From Candidatus Hydrogenedentota bacterium (GTDB lineage: Bacteria; Hydrogenedentota; Hydrogenedentia; Hydrogenedentales; SLHB01), in contig BTVY01000039.1 of NCBI GenBank assembly GCA_045863335.1, positions 1 to 64,000 of the forward strand: a stretch of DNA of 64,000 nucleotides. The letters run 5' to 3'. A program made the translations under genes and the position numbers. The notes beneath the pieces were generated by a model. That model was not told where the DNA came from and searched no databases. It worked only from the letters and a program-made list of their open reading frames with translations. How positions within the stretch are numbered: position 1 is the first letter of the stretch; each line of letters begins with the position of its first letter. This document shows positions 17,962 to 28,973 of this stretch, piece by piece.

Positions 17962-18396
17962 CTACGAGCCGTGCTTCTGTTCAATCTCCGCGCGCAGGCG
18001 ATCTTCCTGCTCCCGAAGTTCCGGGGTGAATTCCTCGCCGAAGTCCTCCGCTTCAAAGACCGGGCGGATTTCGAGCACGCCTTCTTCATTTGGCATGGGG
18101 TTTGGACAGCGCTTTGCCCATTCGAGGGCTTCGTCCATGGAATTCACCTTCCAAAGCCAGAATCCCGCAATGAGTTCCTTCGTTTCCGCGAAGGGGCCGT
18201 CGATGACCGTCTTCTTGCCGCCGGTAAACTTCACGCGTTTGCCCTTGCTGCTGGGATGGAGCCCCTCGCCGGCCTGCATGATGCCCGCTTTGACCAGTTC
18301 CTCATTGAACTTACCCATATCGGTGAGCAGTTGCTCGCTGGGCATGATTCCTTCCTCGGAGCTCTTCGTGGCCTTCACAATCACCATAACGCGCAT
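17962..18396 (-). CDS. YciI/DGPF family protein
   Basis: IDGPFAETKELIAGFWLW. Confidence 0.92.
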   Translation of the reverse strand: MRVMVIVKATKSSEEGIMPSEQLLTDMGKFNEELVKAGIMQAGEGLHPSSKGKRVKFTGGKKTVIDGPFAETKELIAGFWLWKVNSMDEALEWAKRCPNPMPNEEGVLEIRPVFEAEDFGEEFTPELREQEDRLRAEIEQKHGS

Positions 18397-18465
18397 TTGT
18401 CACGCTCCTTTCGGGGGTTGAACCATCGGCCGGGGATGGCCGATTGTGCCTTGCATCTACATTAC

Positions 18466-18492
18466 GACGAACGGGCGTTCGGGCAAAGGACA
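18466..18492 (-). promoter_or_regulatory. ECF41/42-type promoter upstream of the DGPF gene
   Basis: Minus strand TGTCCT-N17-CGTC; ECF42 targets are typically DGPF genes. Confidence 0.5.
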
Positions 18493-18703
18493 AGTCCCGA
18501 TGCCAGGCCTGCGCCTGCAATTATACGAATTCTCCGCGTGCCGGAGGCGGCGGCGGTCCGACCGTCTTCTGTCGTCACTACGTGGAAAACTCGGATCTGG
18601 ACATAAAGACTGCCAATACGGTTGAATAGATGTGGGGTCATGGTGAACCTGTTGTACCGAAGCCGGCAACCGCGACCGGGATTACCCGCAGTAGGACTTC
18701 GGC

Positions 18704-19147
18704 ATGGGCGAAGAACCGTACCCCTACAATCAGCCGCCGTGGCGGCGTTCGCATGAGGCCACGTCCCCCGATGGAAAGTGGCAGGCGACGCTCGATGGCG
18801 CGGTCGAGATCTTTATGTCCGGGCCGACGAAGGGAACCCTGCGTATCCCAGGGCTTTTCGACATCCCCGATTGCGGGCCGGATTTTTTGTGGTCCGACGA
18901 TTCCCGCTACCTCGCCGTACCCCAGTGGCATTACCGGTTTCGACCACGCGCGCGGATCGTAATTGTCGATACCCGCGAACGGAGAATCTACGCTTCGCGC
19001 ATGCGGTACAGGATCGCGCAATTGGAGGTGTTTGCCAACGGCGTGTTGACGGGGGTTGAATCGCCTGTGGACCACCCGCGCGCGTTCGCCATCTTTCTTG
19101 CAGACGTACCGGGGGCATTTGAGTACATCGACCCCGAGACCATGTGA
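18704..19147 (+). CDS. Hypothetical protein with beta-propeller-like segments
   Basis: SPDGKW and WSDDSRYLAVPQW motifs; 147 aa. Confidence 0.65.
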   Translation: MGEEPYPYNQPPWRRSHEATSPDGKWQATLDGAVEIFMSGPTKGTLRIPGLFDIPDCGPDFLWSDDSRYLAVPQWHYRFRPRARIVIVDTRERRIYASRMRYRIAQLEVFANGVLTGVESPVDHPRAFAIFLADVPGAFEYIDPETM

Positions 19148-19194
19148 TAGTTCCCGCAGTCAGCCAATGTCCACCTTTAGAAGGAGTTTTTCTC

Positions 19195-19437
19195 ATGACG
19201 CTCGAGACAATCCGTGGAATGCTGGGCTGGTGCATTGTGATGGACGTCCTCATCCTGTGGATGTGGCTCCTCTTCTTTCTCTTCGCCCATGAGATGATGT
19301 ACCGCTGGCACGGCAGGTGGTTCAAGATGTCCGTCGAAACCTTCGACGCGATTCACTACAGCGGCATGGCCGCGCTGAAAATTGGCATGATCGTGTTGCA
19401 CCTGGTTCCGTACTTGGCGCTACGGATCGCGGGTTAG
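19195..19437 (+). CDS. Small membrane protein (DUF6868-like)
   Basis: LGWC..., HGRWFKMSVETFDAIHYSGMA..K, LVPYLAL; SD AAGGAG. Confidence 0.75.
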   Translation: MTLETIRGMLGWCIVMDVLILWMWLLFFLFAHEMMYRWHGRWFKMSVETFDAIHYSGMAALKIGMIVLHLVPYLALRIAG

Positions 19438-19440
19438 TTT

Positions 19441-19525
19441 CAAGGAGCACGGGCGTCCCGCCCGTGTACCTATCATGGGCATTCTGCCCATGGCCTCTTC
19501 ACAGGCGGGACGCCCATGCTCCTTG
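19441..19525. repeat. REP cluster, family B (CACGGGCGTCCCGCCCGTG-type, three hairpin units)
   Basis: Inverted arms CAAGGAGCACGGGCGTCCCGCC/GGCGGGACGCCCATGCTCCTTG; related copy at 34533-34586. Confidence 0.75.
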
Positions 19526-19552
19526 GGGAAGAACGACACCGCACGATAAGCG

Positions 19553-22543
19553 TTAGTCTGGCCGCACCTCTTCCAACACTCTTACGTAAAACTCATGCAC
19601 CTGCTGTTTGCGTTCGCGGACCAACTCCGTGAGGTCGCCCTCGATTCCGAGGCGGCGGGCGAGGCGGGTGATGGCTTCCGGGTCTTCGGGAAGGGTGCTG
19701 GTGGCGCGGCCGTGCATGATGCGGAGGCGGTTTTCGATCCGGCGGAACCAGAGGTAGGTGTCGTGAAGCATGCGGCTGGTATCTTGGGAGAGTACTTCGA
19801 GTTTTTGGAGCAGGCTGAGCGCGCCGAGGACATCGCCGCGTTTCAGGTCGGGGTGTTTGGCGGCGTGCTGCAATTGGAGCAGGCGCACGGCGAACTCGAG
19901 TTCGGCGATGCCGCCTTCGTCTTTCTTCAAGTTTCGCGCGTTGGACGCCGCCACGATCTTCTGGCGGATGTCTTCGATGTTGGCGATATTCTCCGTAGTC
20001 AATTCAAGGGTGAAAGCGAGTTCACGCGCGCGCCGGCCCATTACTGATCCGAACTCGTGGTCGCCGGCGACCGCGCGGGCTTTGACCAGCGCGAGCCGTT
20101 CCCATGGCTGGGCCTCGGTTGTGTAGTACTCGACGAGGCGCGCGTCGCTCACGACAAGGCTGCCCTTCTTGCCGTCGGGACGGAGGCGCGCGTCGATTTC
20201 GTAGAGCTGCCCGTAGCGCGTCGGTTCCTTGAGTGTCCGCATGACGTGGGACGCGATGGCGGTGAAGTACTCCACCGGCGACATGCCGGTGTCGATGGTC
20301 GCGCCGCTCTCATACACAAACACCAGGTCCAGGTCGCTGCCGTAGCCAATCTCGCGGCCGCCCATCTTGCCGAGCCCGAGCACGGCGAAGGCGCCGGTGG
20401 TTTCGCCGTAGCGTTCGACAACTTTCTTCTTTGCGTTCTCCAGCGCGAAGGCGAGGCAAACTTCTGCGAGCAGTGTCAGCTCTTCGCCAATGGTGATGAT
20501 GCCCGCATCCAGAATGAGATCGCGCATGCCGATGCGCAGCGTTTCCCCCGCATGCAGCCGGTACGGCGCAGCCTCGCTCTCGTACGCGCCGGACAGGGCC
20601 GCCAGTTGTTCTTCCAAATCTTCGCGTGACGACGGGTGCGCCAGCGCGCCGGGGCGGCCAAACGTATCGAAAAGCCCCGGATCGCGAATGAGTAGTCCCG
20701 AGAGGAACTCGCTGTTCTCGACGAGCTTGACGAGATACTCGCAGAGATGAGGACTCCACTTGAGGATATCGTAGATGGCGCCGGGCGCGCGGAGATTGGA
20801 CAGGATCTGCCCCATCCGCAGGAGCGTCGCATCGGGGTCGGCGCTTTTCGATAAGGCTTGCAACAGGATTGGCGCGACCTCGGCGAATTGCTGTCGCACA
20901 CGAAGCGAATGGGGACGTTCGCGCGTGCCCATGGCTAGGGTCATTAGTTCTTCGCGCGCGCGTAGTACGTCGCTGAATCCAAGTGGACGCAATCCTTCCA
21001 ACCCGGCCTCGCCGGTGGAGTGCGGATTTAGCAGGTCAGCTACCCAGAGGTTGCCGGAGCCTTCCGTGGCGAGAAACTGATCGAGAATTTTGCGCGTGGC
21101 GCTGGCGCGGTCCTGGTAGTCCGTCATAAATGCCGCGCCCGAATCGTAGCCGAGCAGCGCCGCGAAGGCGTCGAGTTGTTCCGGGTCCTTGGGCAAGGCA
21201 TGCCGTTGTTGGCTGCCTTCGATCTGCAAGCGGTGCTCCACCTGGCGCATGAAGGTGTAGTTGCTGGCGAGCGTGGTCGCGTCGAGCGGTTTCAGCAGAT
21301 TGTGTTGGCCCAGTATCTTGATGGCGTGGAGCGTCGTGCCGGTGCGAAGTTCCTCGATGCGGCCGCCGTTGAGCAGTTGGAGCAATTGCACGGTAAACTC
21401 GACGTCGCGAATGCCGCCGCGTCCAAGTTTCACCTCCGTATCGGTCTCGCCCCGGCCTGCGACTTGCGCTTCCATCTGGTATTTCACATTGCGGATGTCT
21501 TCGAGCGTTTCATCGTCGAAGTAGCGCGGAAAGACGAAGGGCCGGGTACTTTCGATGAACTGGTGGCCCAGTTCGAGGTCCCCCGCGCAGGGCCGCGTCT
21601 TGATCAAGGCTTGCCGTTCCCAGGCCTGGCCCTCGCTTTCGTAGTAATAGACCGCGCTGTCGATGTCCACAGCGAGGGGTCCCATGCGTCCGTGGGGACG
21701 CAACCGCATGTCCACGCGAAAAACCGACCCTTCCGTGGTGACCTCGGACAGGGCCTTGATGATGCGTTCCCCGAGCTTGTGAAAATACTCCGAGTTGCTC
21801 GCAGTACCGGAACTGCCGCCGGACGTGTTCCCTTCGCGCGCATAGAGGAACACGAGGTCGATATCGGAACTGAAGTTCAGTTCGCACCCGCCGAGTTTGC
21901 CCATGCCGAGCACGACGAAGCCCGATTCCGTTTCGCCGTCCGGACAGAGCGGCCGGCCGAAACGGGGTTCGAGGTCGCGCCGCGCGCTCTGATACGCCGC
22001 TTCGAGCGTCGCGTCCGCGAGGTTCGACAAGTCTTGCGTGAGAGTCGTGAGCGAAACATGCGCGAAGATGTCGCGCGACGCAATCCGCAGGATTTCCCGG
22101 CGTTTGAACCGGCGTAGCGCCTGGCACCGTGCTTCGAAAGTGGCGAAGTTCTCCTGGACCCGCAGCAATTCGCGGATCATGTCTTCCCGCGGCCGCGCGT
22201 GCTCGAGGTCCGCTTCCTCCCACAGCCACGACATGTACTCCGGATTCCGGCAGATGATGTCGGTAAGGTAATGGCTTTGCGCGAGGATGGTAAGAAGCAG
22301 CCGCGCATAGCGCAGCGTGGCATCCATGAGATCCACTTCCGCGCGCGGCGTAAGGGTCACGTCCAGGTATCGTTCGAGCCGGATGAGGGCCGTGGCCGGA
22401 TCGCCGCATTCGTCCAATGCCGCGGCGAGGTGCATCGTCAGTCGCGGATGATCGTCGCGGATGATCCGGTCCAGGAAGGCCGCCGCGCGATCGGGATCGT
22501 CGAATGTGAAGTGTTCAAACTCTGATTTCATGTCATCCTGCAT
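19553..22543 (-). CDS. glnE: Bifunctional glutamine synthetase adenylyltransferase/deadenylylase
   Basis: Two NT domains: GKLGGCELNFSSDIDL and GKMGGREIGYGSDLDL; VDMRLRPHG. Confidence 0.95.
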   Translation of the reverse strand: MQDDMKSEFEHFTFDDPDRAAAFLDRIIRDDHPRLTMHLAAALDECGDPATALIRLERYLDVTLTPRAEVDLMDATLRYARLLLTILAQSHYLTDIICRNPEYMSWLWEEADLEHARPREDMIRELLRVQENFATFEARCQALRRFKRREILRIASRDIFAHVSLTTLTQDLSNLADATLEAAYQSARRDLEPRFGRPLCPDGETESGFVVLGMGKLGGCELNFSSDIDLVFLYAREGNTSGGSSGTASNSEYFHKLGERIIKALSEVTTEGSVFRVDMRLRPHGRMGPLAVDIDSAVYYYESEGQAWERQALIKTRPCAGDLELGHQFIESTRPFVFPRYFDDETLEDIRNVKYQMEAQVAGRGETDTEVKLGRGGIRDVEFTVQLLQLLNGGRIEELRTGTTLHAIKILGQHNLLKPLDATTLASNYTFMRQVEHRLQIEGSQQRHALPKDPEQLDAFAALLGYDSGAAFMTDYQDRASATRKILDQFLATEGSGNLWVADLLNPHSTGEAGLEGLRPLGFSDVLRAREELMTLAMGTRERPHSLRVRQQFAEVAPILLQALSKSADPDATLLRMGQILSNLRAPGAIYDILKWSPHLCEYLVKLVENSEFLSGLLIRDPGLFDTFGRPGALAHPSSREDLEEQLAALSGAYESEAAPYRLHAGETLRIGMRDLILDAGIITIGEELTLLAEVCLAFALENAKKKVVERYGETTGAFAVLGLGKMGGREIGYGSDLDLVFVYESGATIDTGMSPVEYFTAIASHVMRTLKEPTRYGQLYEIDARLRPDGKKGSLVVSDARLVEYYTTEAQPWERLALVKARAVAGDHEFGSVMGRRARELAFTLELTTENIANIEDIRQKIVAASNARNLKKDEGGIAELEFAVRLLQLQHAAKHPDLKRGDVLGALSLLQKLEVLSQDTSRMLHDTYLWFRRIENRLRIMHGRATSTLPEDPEAITRLARRLGIEGDLTELVRERKQQVHEFYVRVLEEVRPD

Positions 22544-22586
22544 TTCAAATCATCGAACGGGTGTTATCGGCGACCAGGCCGCATAT

Positions 22587-23714
22587 TCACGGCCGGAAAG
22601 TCCGGCCGATTCGTTCGCCTGCCTCGGTCAACAAGGCCGCCGCGTTCGCAATCGCGTACTCCGGAGTAACGAATTCGCCGGTCAGGGAATGGACCGCTTC
22701 GATTCCGGCGGTGTGCACGGCCTCATAGCCATCGCCGAGTATGCCCGCCACGGCGATGACCCGTACGCCGGCCTTCTGTGCAATCTTCGCCACGCCGACG
22801 GGAGTCTTGCCGTGGATGGATTGTCCGTCGACTTTGCCTTCCCCCGTGATGACGAGATCGGCCCCTTCGAGCCGCTCCGCCAGGCGGCATGCGCCGGCGA
22901 CCAGGTCCACGCCGGGGCGAAGGCTACCACGAGCGAACGCGACAAGACCAGCGCCTAACCCGCCCGCAGCGCCCGCGCCAGGCAACTCGGCGATCTCGAT
23001 ACCCAACTGTTCGCGTACGACGTGGGCGAAATGACGCAGCGCCTCGTCCAATTCCTCTGCGTCGCGTGGACTCGCACCCTTCTGAGGTCCGTAGACGAAA
23101 GACGCACCGTTGGGTCCGCAAAGCGGGTTGGTCACATCGCAGGCCACCTGAACAGTGCAATCGTCGAGGGCTGGAATCCGATTCGACGTGTCGATTTGCG
23201 CGAGCTTGGCGAGCGCAATGCCACCCCGAGGCAACGGATTACCAGAGGCATCCAAGAATCGGTACCCCAAGGCTTCCGCCATGCCCGCGCCGCCGTCATT
23301 CGTGGCGCTGCCGCCAATGCCGATGATGATGCGCGTCGCACCGCCATCCATCGCGGCCCGGAGCAACTCTCCCGTGCCGAAGGTCGTCGCGATACGCGGG
23401 TCCCTGCGCTCCTTTGGGACCAGCGCAAGTCCTGAAGCCGAGGCCATCTCGATGACCGCCGTTGTGCCGTCGCCCAGCACGCCGTAAACCGCGTCAACGG
23501 GATCGCCGAGCGGTCCGGTAACGGTGAGCGGTACGGTGGAGCCGCCGGTCGCCGCGACCAGCGCATCCACCGTGCCCTCGCCACCGTCGGCCATGGGGAC
23601 GAGTTCCAACTCCGCATCGGGCAGCGCGCGCCGCAGCCCGGAGGCCAGCGCTTCCGAAACCTCAAGGGCGGAAAGGCACTCCTTGAACGAATCCGGGGCG
23701 ATCACGATGCGCAT
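22587..23714 (-). CDS. glxK: Glycerate kinase
   Basis: IVIAPDSFKE, ADGGEGT, GGSATNDGG, GAGAAGG, TGEG. Confidence 0.95.
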   Translation of the reverse strand: MRIVIAPDSFKECLSALEVSEALASGLRRALPDAELELVPMADGGEGTVDALVAATGGSTVPLTVTGPLGDPVDAVYGVLGDGTTAVIEMASASGLALVPKERRDPRIATTFGTGELLRAAMDGGATRIIIGIGGSATNDGGAGMAEALGYRFLDASGNPLPRGGIALAKLAQIDTSNRIPALDDCTVQVACDVTNPLCGPNGASFVYGPQKGASPRDAEELDEALRHFAHVVREQLGIEIAELPGAGAAGGLGAGLVAFARGSLRPGVDLVAGACRLAERLEGADLVITGEGKVDGQSIHGKTPVGVAKIAQKAGVRVIAVAGILGDGYEAVHTAGIEAVHSLTGEFVTPEYAIANAAALLTEAGERIGRTFRP

Positions 23715-23889
23715 GAAGGAACTCTCTTTTGATTGGTAATGAGCAACACAGCTGTTTCCTATGTGGTTGCTGGCACCCAGTATACCCCTTCCATCTGCCG
23801 CGGGTCGTTTCCTCAGTTGACATCCCATTACGACGTTCTCAAAAATGAACTTCTGGTCATCTTGGGTTCACGACAAGGAGGCGGGTGCT

Positions 23890-24705
23890 ATGCGATTCAC
23901 GCGCAGACAGTTCATCGGGTTGATTGGTGCCGCGGGGCTGTCCGGCTGCGCGCGGGTGGGGCTTGACAAGGTCGCCGACATGGATGTCATGCCCGGCGGT
24001 CCCGGGCGATTCACCTTTGCAAGCATTGGAGATCTGCATGTGCTAGACGCGCGCAGCACGGGCATCGTGAACCAGGCCGTGGATGCCATCAACGCGCGGG
24101 ACGAGGTGCGTTTCACTATTGTGCTTGGCGACCTCGCGACGGATGGCGAGTACGTGGAATTGAACCTCGCGCATACGTCCCTGGCGCGCTTTGAGAAGCC
24201 TTACTTTGTCGTCCCCGGCAATCACGACGTGAACATGCGCGCGAAGAACATCTACGGCAACTACACGAAACTATTTGGTGACGCCAACTGGCGCGACGAG
24301 GAAGAAGGTTGGTTGTTCATGGGGATCGACTCCACCAACGAGGCCAAGAGCGACGTGGCGATCCGGCCCGATCAGATCGCGTGGATCGAGAAGCAGTTGA
24401 AGAAAACGAACACGAAACGGCCCATTGCGCTCATGACACATCATCCGTTCAATCCGAATACGAAGTACCGTGTGCAGAATGCGGACGAAGTGCTCGCCAT
24501 GTTCTCTGAGCACAACCTGAAACTCGTCGCCGCCGGGCACTTCCACGGCAACCAGGAAGAAACCCGCGACGGCATTCTGTTCACGACGACCGCCTGCTGC
24601 TCCTCCACCCGCGACAACCACGACGGCACCTCGGCAAAGGGCTACCGGCTGTTTCACGTGGACAAGGAAACGGTAACGACAGAGTTTGTCGCGGTAGTGG
24701 CATAG
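23890..24705 (+). CDS. Tat lipoprotein, calcineurin-like metallophosphoesterase
   Basis: TRRQF, lipobox LSGC, DLH, GD, GNHD, HHP, GHFH. Confidence 0.88.
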   Translation: MRFTRRQFIGLIGAAGLSGCARVGLDKVADMDVMPGGPGRFTFASIGDLHVLDARSTGIVNQAVDAINARDEVRFTIVLGDLATDGEYVELNLAHTSLARFEKPYFVVPGNHDVNMRAKNIYGNYTKLFGDANWRDEEEGWLFMGIDSTNEAKSDVAIRPDQIAWIEKQLKKTNTKRPIALMTHHPFNPNTKYRVQNADEVLAMFSEHNLKLVAAGHFHGNQEETRDGILFTTTACCSSTRDNHDGTSAKGYRLFHVDKETVTTEFVAVVA

Positions 24706-24818
24706 CGTCTCCATTAACGGAGAGCTTCGACGATTTCAGTGCCCCGGAACGCGAGATAAGCCTCTTTAGAACAGGACTAAGGTGAAGTCGTCCGCATCAG
24801 GCGGCTTGGGCGCTGCAT

Positions 24819-26255
24819 CTACCGAAATCGAACCGCGTACAGGTCGGCTTCGTTCATCGTAACGTGCAGGCGCACCGGCTTCCCTGCAAAGTCTTTCACT
24901 TCCGAATTGCCGCTCCACGTGACGACGCGTTCGATGGCGTCGCCGTAGATTTCGTCGCAGTCGTTTAGTGTATGGCCCGGGAGTGGCGTCCCCGACTCGT
25001 CCTGCAGCTCAATGCGGATGGTTCCCGCGGCGGACGTGGAGAAATTGATGACCAGTTCCACTTCGCCAGCGCTTTTCGCATCCGGATCGTCGGCAAAGAC
25101 TAGAGGTTTGGTCGTAAACGAACCGCCTTCTGCCGGCGCGTTGACGGAAACGAATCCGTCCTGCCGGATGGTGAAGCGGCGGTAGTGGCAGGGTCCCACG
25201 TAGTAGCCTTCCGTCAGGTACAGCGAGTATTCATCGGGCGTGTCGGGCAGCGTGCCTTTGGTGCGCAGGATGCCCCAGGCGGTCATGTTGTTGCGGTTGA
25301 CCCACCGCGTGTCCTGGAGGCCAGGCCGCACGAGCGCTTCACGCCAGCGGTTCCACTGCATGCCGTCGCGGCTGGTCATGAACACCGCATCGGACACACC
25401 GGTTACGGGATGGTCCACCGGTTTGCGATCGGGCACAAACCGTTTTGGAAAGGCCATGAAGATATGTGGCGCGCGGGGGTAGGCGATGGTCGCGTTGGTA
25501 TACAAATGTTCCGGCGGCGTGCCCTCCGTGTACGTGATCCACTGCGGGTCGGTCCAATTGACGAAATCCTGCGAAGTCGCCGTCATGATCGCGCGGACGC
25601 CATCGGTGAAGCCACGGTGGAAATCCACATAGTGGCCACGGACGGTGTCCCAGAATGCGAGGTTCTGCGAATCGAAAGCGCCTACCGTAATCACGGGTTC
25701 CTCGCGGATGAGAGACCAGTGGAGACCGTCTGGCGATTGAAAGGCTATCAAGCCTTTGTCCGGGCCGCTCGCCAGCGCTTTGTACAAGGCTTCCGGCGCG
25801 CAATCAGGGTTAGCATCCTTGAAAGGCGCGAAGTTGTGGACGCCCTCCCACACGATGTTGTTCGCTTTGGATCCCTTGTACTCGATGATGCCCAGTTCCG
25901 GCTTCGTCCAATGGATGCCGTCCGTGCTTTCCGCGTAGCAGGCGCGCTGGCCGCCGTGCTCCTCGGTTTCCACATTATAGTCGGAGCCCCGGTAGTACAT
26001 GCGGAAAAGATCGCCGTCCTGGAACACGGTCACATAGCAACTCGTATTGCCTTCCCACGGCGCATCGGTGGTCAATGCAATCTCGCGGGCGATGGGATGG
26101 TGGAGTTGAAGCGCGACGTTGTCCATGGAGTCGATCAAATAGTCATCTACCAGCGGTTCCAAACGAGTACCGATGTCGAGGGGTTGGGCAAAAGCCGGGG
26201 CGACCAATAACAGAACGATACCGGCTCGAATCGTGGACGTAATACACGCGTTCAT
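24819..26255 (-). CDS. Exported five-blade beta-propeller glycosidase-like protein (GH32/43/130 clan)
   Basis: YAESTDGIHWTKP, SPDGLHW, SQDFVNW, SRDGMQW, RQDGFVS. Confidence 0.75.
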   Translation of the reverse strand: MNACITSTIRAGIVLLLVAPAFAQPLDIGTRLEPLVDDYLIDSMDNVALQLHHPIAREIALTTDAPWEGNTSCYVTVFQDGDLFRMYYRGSDYNVETEEHGGQRACYAESTDGIHWTKPELGIIEYKGSKANNIVWEGVHNFAPFKDANPDCAPEALYKALASGPDKGLIAFQSPDGLHWSLIREEPVITVGAFDSQNLAFWDTVRGHYVDFHRGFTDGVRAIMTATSQDFVNWTDPQWITYTEGTPPEHLYTNATIAYPRAPHIFMAFPKRFVPDRKPVDHPVTGVSDAVFMTSRDGMQWNRWREALVRPGLQDTRWVNRNNMTAWGILRTKGTLPDTPDEYSLYLTEGYYVGPCHYRRFTIRQDGFVSVNAPAEGGSFTTKPLVFADDPDAKSAGEVELVINFSTSAAGTIRIELQDESGTPLPGHTLNDCDEIYGDAIERVVTWSGNSEVKDFAGKPVRLHVTMNEADLYAVRFR

Positions 26256-26437
26256 GGAAAAGCTCCTCTCGCTCACGCTGGAACTTGCGTTGTTCACTGC
26301 CCTCGACCATAGCAGGAAACCGCGCCCAATGCCCAGTTCGGGCACGCGGCGCATTCTCCAAAGTGCGTGCTATACTCGATGTTTTCACTCCAAGACTTCA
26401 ACGAAACGAACTCCATCCACATAGGAGGCCCGTCATC

Positions 26438-28843
26438 GTGTTGCACCGCTTTCGTATCGAATCACTGTCGCGGCCGCTACTGCTCGCAACCCTATTCATC
26501 TTGCCGGTTGCCGGCGGTTCCGCTCTTGCAGGCGACTGGTCCGCGAACTGGGATGGCGTGCCCAATCGGGTGTGGATTGGCCCCGAGTTTTGGGCGAACC
26601 GGCTGCAGGATTGGCGCGTGCAGGATGAACGGCTCGAATGCGTCGAGTCGGCGAAGAACAAGCCGTTGCGCGTGGTTCATTCGTTGACGCACTCGATTGC
26701 CAGTGGCGATGGCGAGTTTTCGATGACCGTGTTGGTTGCGCCCATGAACCCCGGCGGCGCGCGCAACCCCGACGCGTGGGCAGGCTTTCTCATTGGCGCG
26801 GGCGGACACGATGTGGACTATCGGCTGACCGCGCTCACGCACCATTGGACCGGTGCAGATGGCGGTCTGGTCGCAGCCATTGACGCGACGGGACAGGCTT
26901 TCTTCTGCGACAACACGACGGAGGGGCGTCCCCGGCTTCCGACGAGAATCAACGCAGGTGAGGGATTCTCGGAAACCTGGGAGCGCCCGGTACGTCTGGA
27001 CATGACGTGTGAACGGCGCGACGGTACGTATCATCTGACCTTCTCTGCGTCGGACGCCGAGAACAACTACCCCCTGAGTCGCGTGAGGCTTTCCAAGGTC
27101 GATCCGAATTTGGTCGAGGGTAGCTTGGCGCTGGCGTCGAATGGCGGAACGGGTTTCCGGTTCGACGACTGGACGGCATCAGGCAGCAGCATCACGGCAA
27201 TTCCGGAGCGCGCCAACGGACCCATTCTGGGAACCCTGCACACGCTTAGCCGCGGCACGCTCAAGCTGACGGCGCAGTTTCCGCCCCTCGGCGCGGACGA
27301 CACTCAGTACGCGAAGCTCGAAATCCGAAATACCGATGGCGCGTGGACCGTGGCGGACGAAGCGGGTATCACCGAGGACAGCTACACCGCGCCGTTTCGC
27401 GTCGAGAATTGGGACGCGGACCGCGATGTGCCCTATCGGGTGGTCTATGAACTAAAGACCGGTGCGGACACATCCGAGACGCACACGTGGGAATGCACAA
27501 TCCGTAAAGACCCCGTTGACCGCGACGAGATCACGGTGGCAGCATTCACGGGGCACAAGATTTACACGGGCACCCCGATGGCCTTTAACAGCAGCGCCAT
27601 CTGGTTCCCGCACAACGAACTTGTTGCCGCGACGAAGCAGCACAAGCCCGACTTCCTGTTCTTCTCCGGCGATCAGATCTACGAAAGCGATTACACCGGC
27701 GCGCAACGTGAACCGATCGAGAAGGCCATCCTCGACTATCTCGACAAGTGGTACCGCTGGTATTGGGTCTTTGGCGATCTGGCGCGCGACGTGCCCAGCG
27801 TGGCGATACCGGACGACCACGACGTGTACCACGGCAACATCTGGGGCGCCGGAGGCCGTCACGCGGAGAAACTGGACGATGGCGGGTTCACGATGCCGCC
27901 GCGTTTCGTGAACATGGTGCAGCGCACGCAGGTGAGCCATTTGCCCGACCCCGTCGACCCCGCGCCAGTCGAACAGGGGATCACCGTGTACTTCACCGAC
28001 CTCGTGTATGGGGGGATCAACTTTGCAATCCTTGAGGATCGCAAGTTCAAGTCGTCGCCGACGGCTATGATTCCAGAAGGCGACGTCGTCAACGGGTTCT
28101 TTCACAATCCCGACTTCGATCCCGCGACGCAGGCCGACGTGGAAGGCGCGGTGCTGCTCGGCGAGCGGCAACTGAAATTCCTGGATGACTGGGCGAGCTC
28201 AAGCGAGGGCGACGTCAAAGTGGCGTTGTCGCAGACAGTGTTCAACAACGTGTCGACGTTGCCGCGCGACTTCGATTCCGACAAGGGGACGCCCGGACTG
28301 CCGCCGGTGCCGCGAGACCATTTATCCGATGACTACAAGTTCATCGCCGACGCCGACTCGAACGGCTGGCCCCAAACCGGCCGCAACGCCGCCGTGCGCG
28401 CCCTGCGCAAGGCCAACGCGTTTCACCTGTGCGGCGACCAACACCTCGGCATCGTCGTGCGCTACGGCGTCGACGACTGGAACGACGCGGGCTACGCGTT
28501 TTGCGTCCCCGCCATCGGAAACACCTGGCCGCGGCGCTGGTATCCGCCGATGGAAGGGAAGAACCGCGACGAGGGTCGTCCGCCCTATACTGGGGAGTTC
28601 CAGGACGCCTTCGGCAACTACATGACCATCCTTGCCGCGGCAAATCCGCTGGACGCCGGTATCGAACCCGCCGACCTGTATAATCGCGCACCCGGCTACG
28701 GGATTGTCCGCATCAACAAGCCGGACCAAAGCGTCCGCATCGAGTGCTGGCCCCGGTGGGTCGACCCCTCCAAACCCGGCGCGGAGCAGTACCCCGATTG
28801 GCCGGTGACGGTGCATCTGCGGGACGGGTCGGTGGAGTATTAG
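26438..28843 (+). CDS. Large PhoD-like phosphatase with N-terminal extension
   Basis: GDQIYE, PDDHDVYHGN, EDRKFKS, GDQH; GTG start after AGGAGG. Confidence 0.82.
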   Translation: MLHRFRIESLSRPLLLATLFILPVAGGSALAGDWSANWDGVPNRVWIGPEFWANRLQDWRVQDERLECVESAKNKPLRVVHSLTHSIASGDGEFSMTVLVAPMNPGGARNPDAWAGFLIGAGGHDVDYRLTALTHHWTGADGGLVAAIDATGQAFFCDNTTEGRPRLPTRINAGEGFSETWERPVRLDMTCERRDGTYHLTFSASDAENNYPLSRVRLSKVDPNLVEGSLALASNGGTGFRFDDWTASGSSITAIPERANGPILGTLHTLSRGTLKLTAQFPPLGADDTQYAKLEIRNTDGAWTVADEAGITEDSYTAPFRVENWDADRDVPYRVVYELKTGADTSETHTWECTIRKDPVDRDEITVAAFTGHKIYTGTPMAFNSSAIWFPHNELVAATKQHKPDFLFFSGDQIYESDYTGAQREPIEKAILDYLDKWYRWYWVFGDLARDVPSVAIPDDHDVYHGNIWGAGGRHAEKLDDGGFTMPPRFVNMVQRTQVSHLPDPVDPAPVEQGITVYFTDLVYGGINFAILEDRKFKSSPTAMIPEGDVVNGFFHNPDFDPATQADVEGAVLLGERQLKFLDDWASSSEGDVKVALSQTVFNNVSTLPRDFDSDKGTPGLPPVPRDHLSDDYKFIADADSNGWPQTGRNAAVRALRKANAFHLCGDQHLGIVVRYGVDDWNDAGYAFCVPAIGNTWPRRWYPPMEGKNRDEGRPPYTGEFQDAFGNYMTILAAANPLDAGIEPADLYNRAPGYGIVRINKPDQSVRIECWPRWVDPSKPGAEQYPDWPVTVHLRDGSVEY
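28748..28843 (+). repeat. Direct repeat copy 1: last 32 codons (including stop) of the PhoD-like gene
   Basis: 85/96 nt identical to 29521-29616 by manual count. Confidence 0.9.
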
Positions 28844-28973
28844 GAGTTCGCGGCGAGCCAGAGCCGCCGGAATCTGGGGCTCCAGCATCTGGCGGATCGG
28901 ACGATAGGTTGCTATACTACCGCGAACGTTAGCGATCACGTCCGTAGCGAATGGGCGGGTAAGGAAGCGCGGT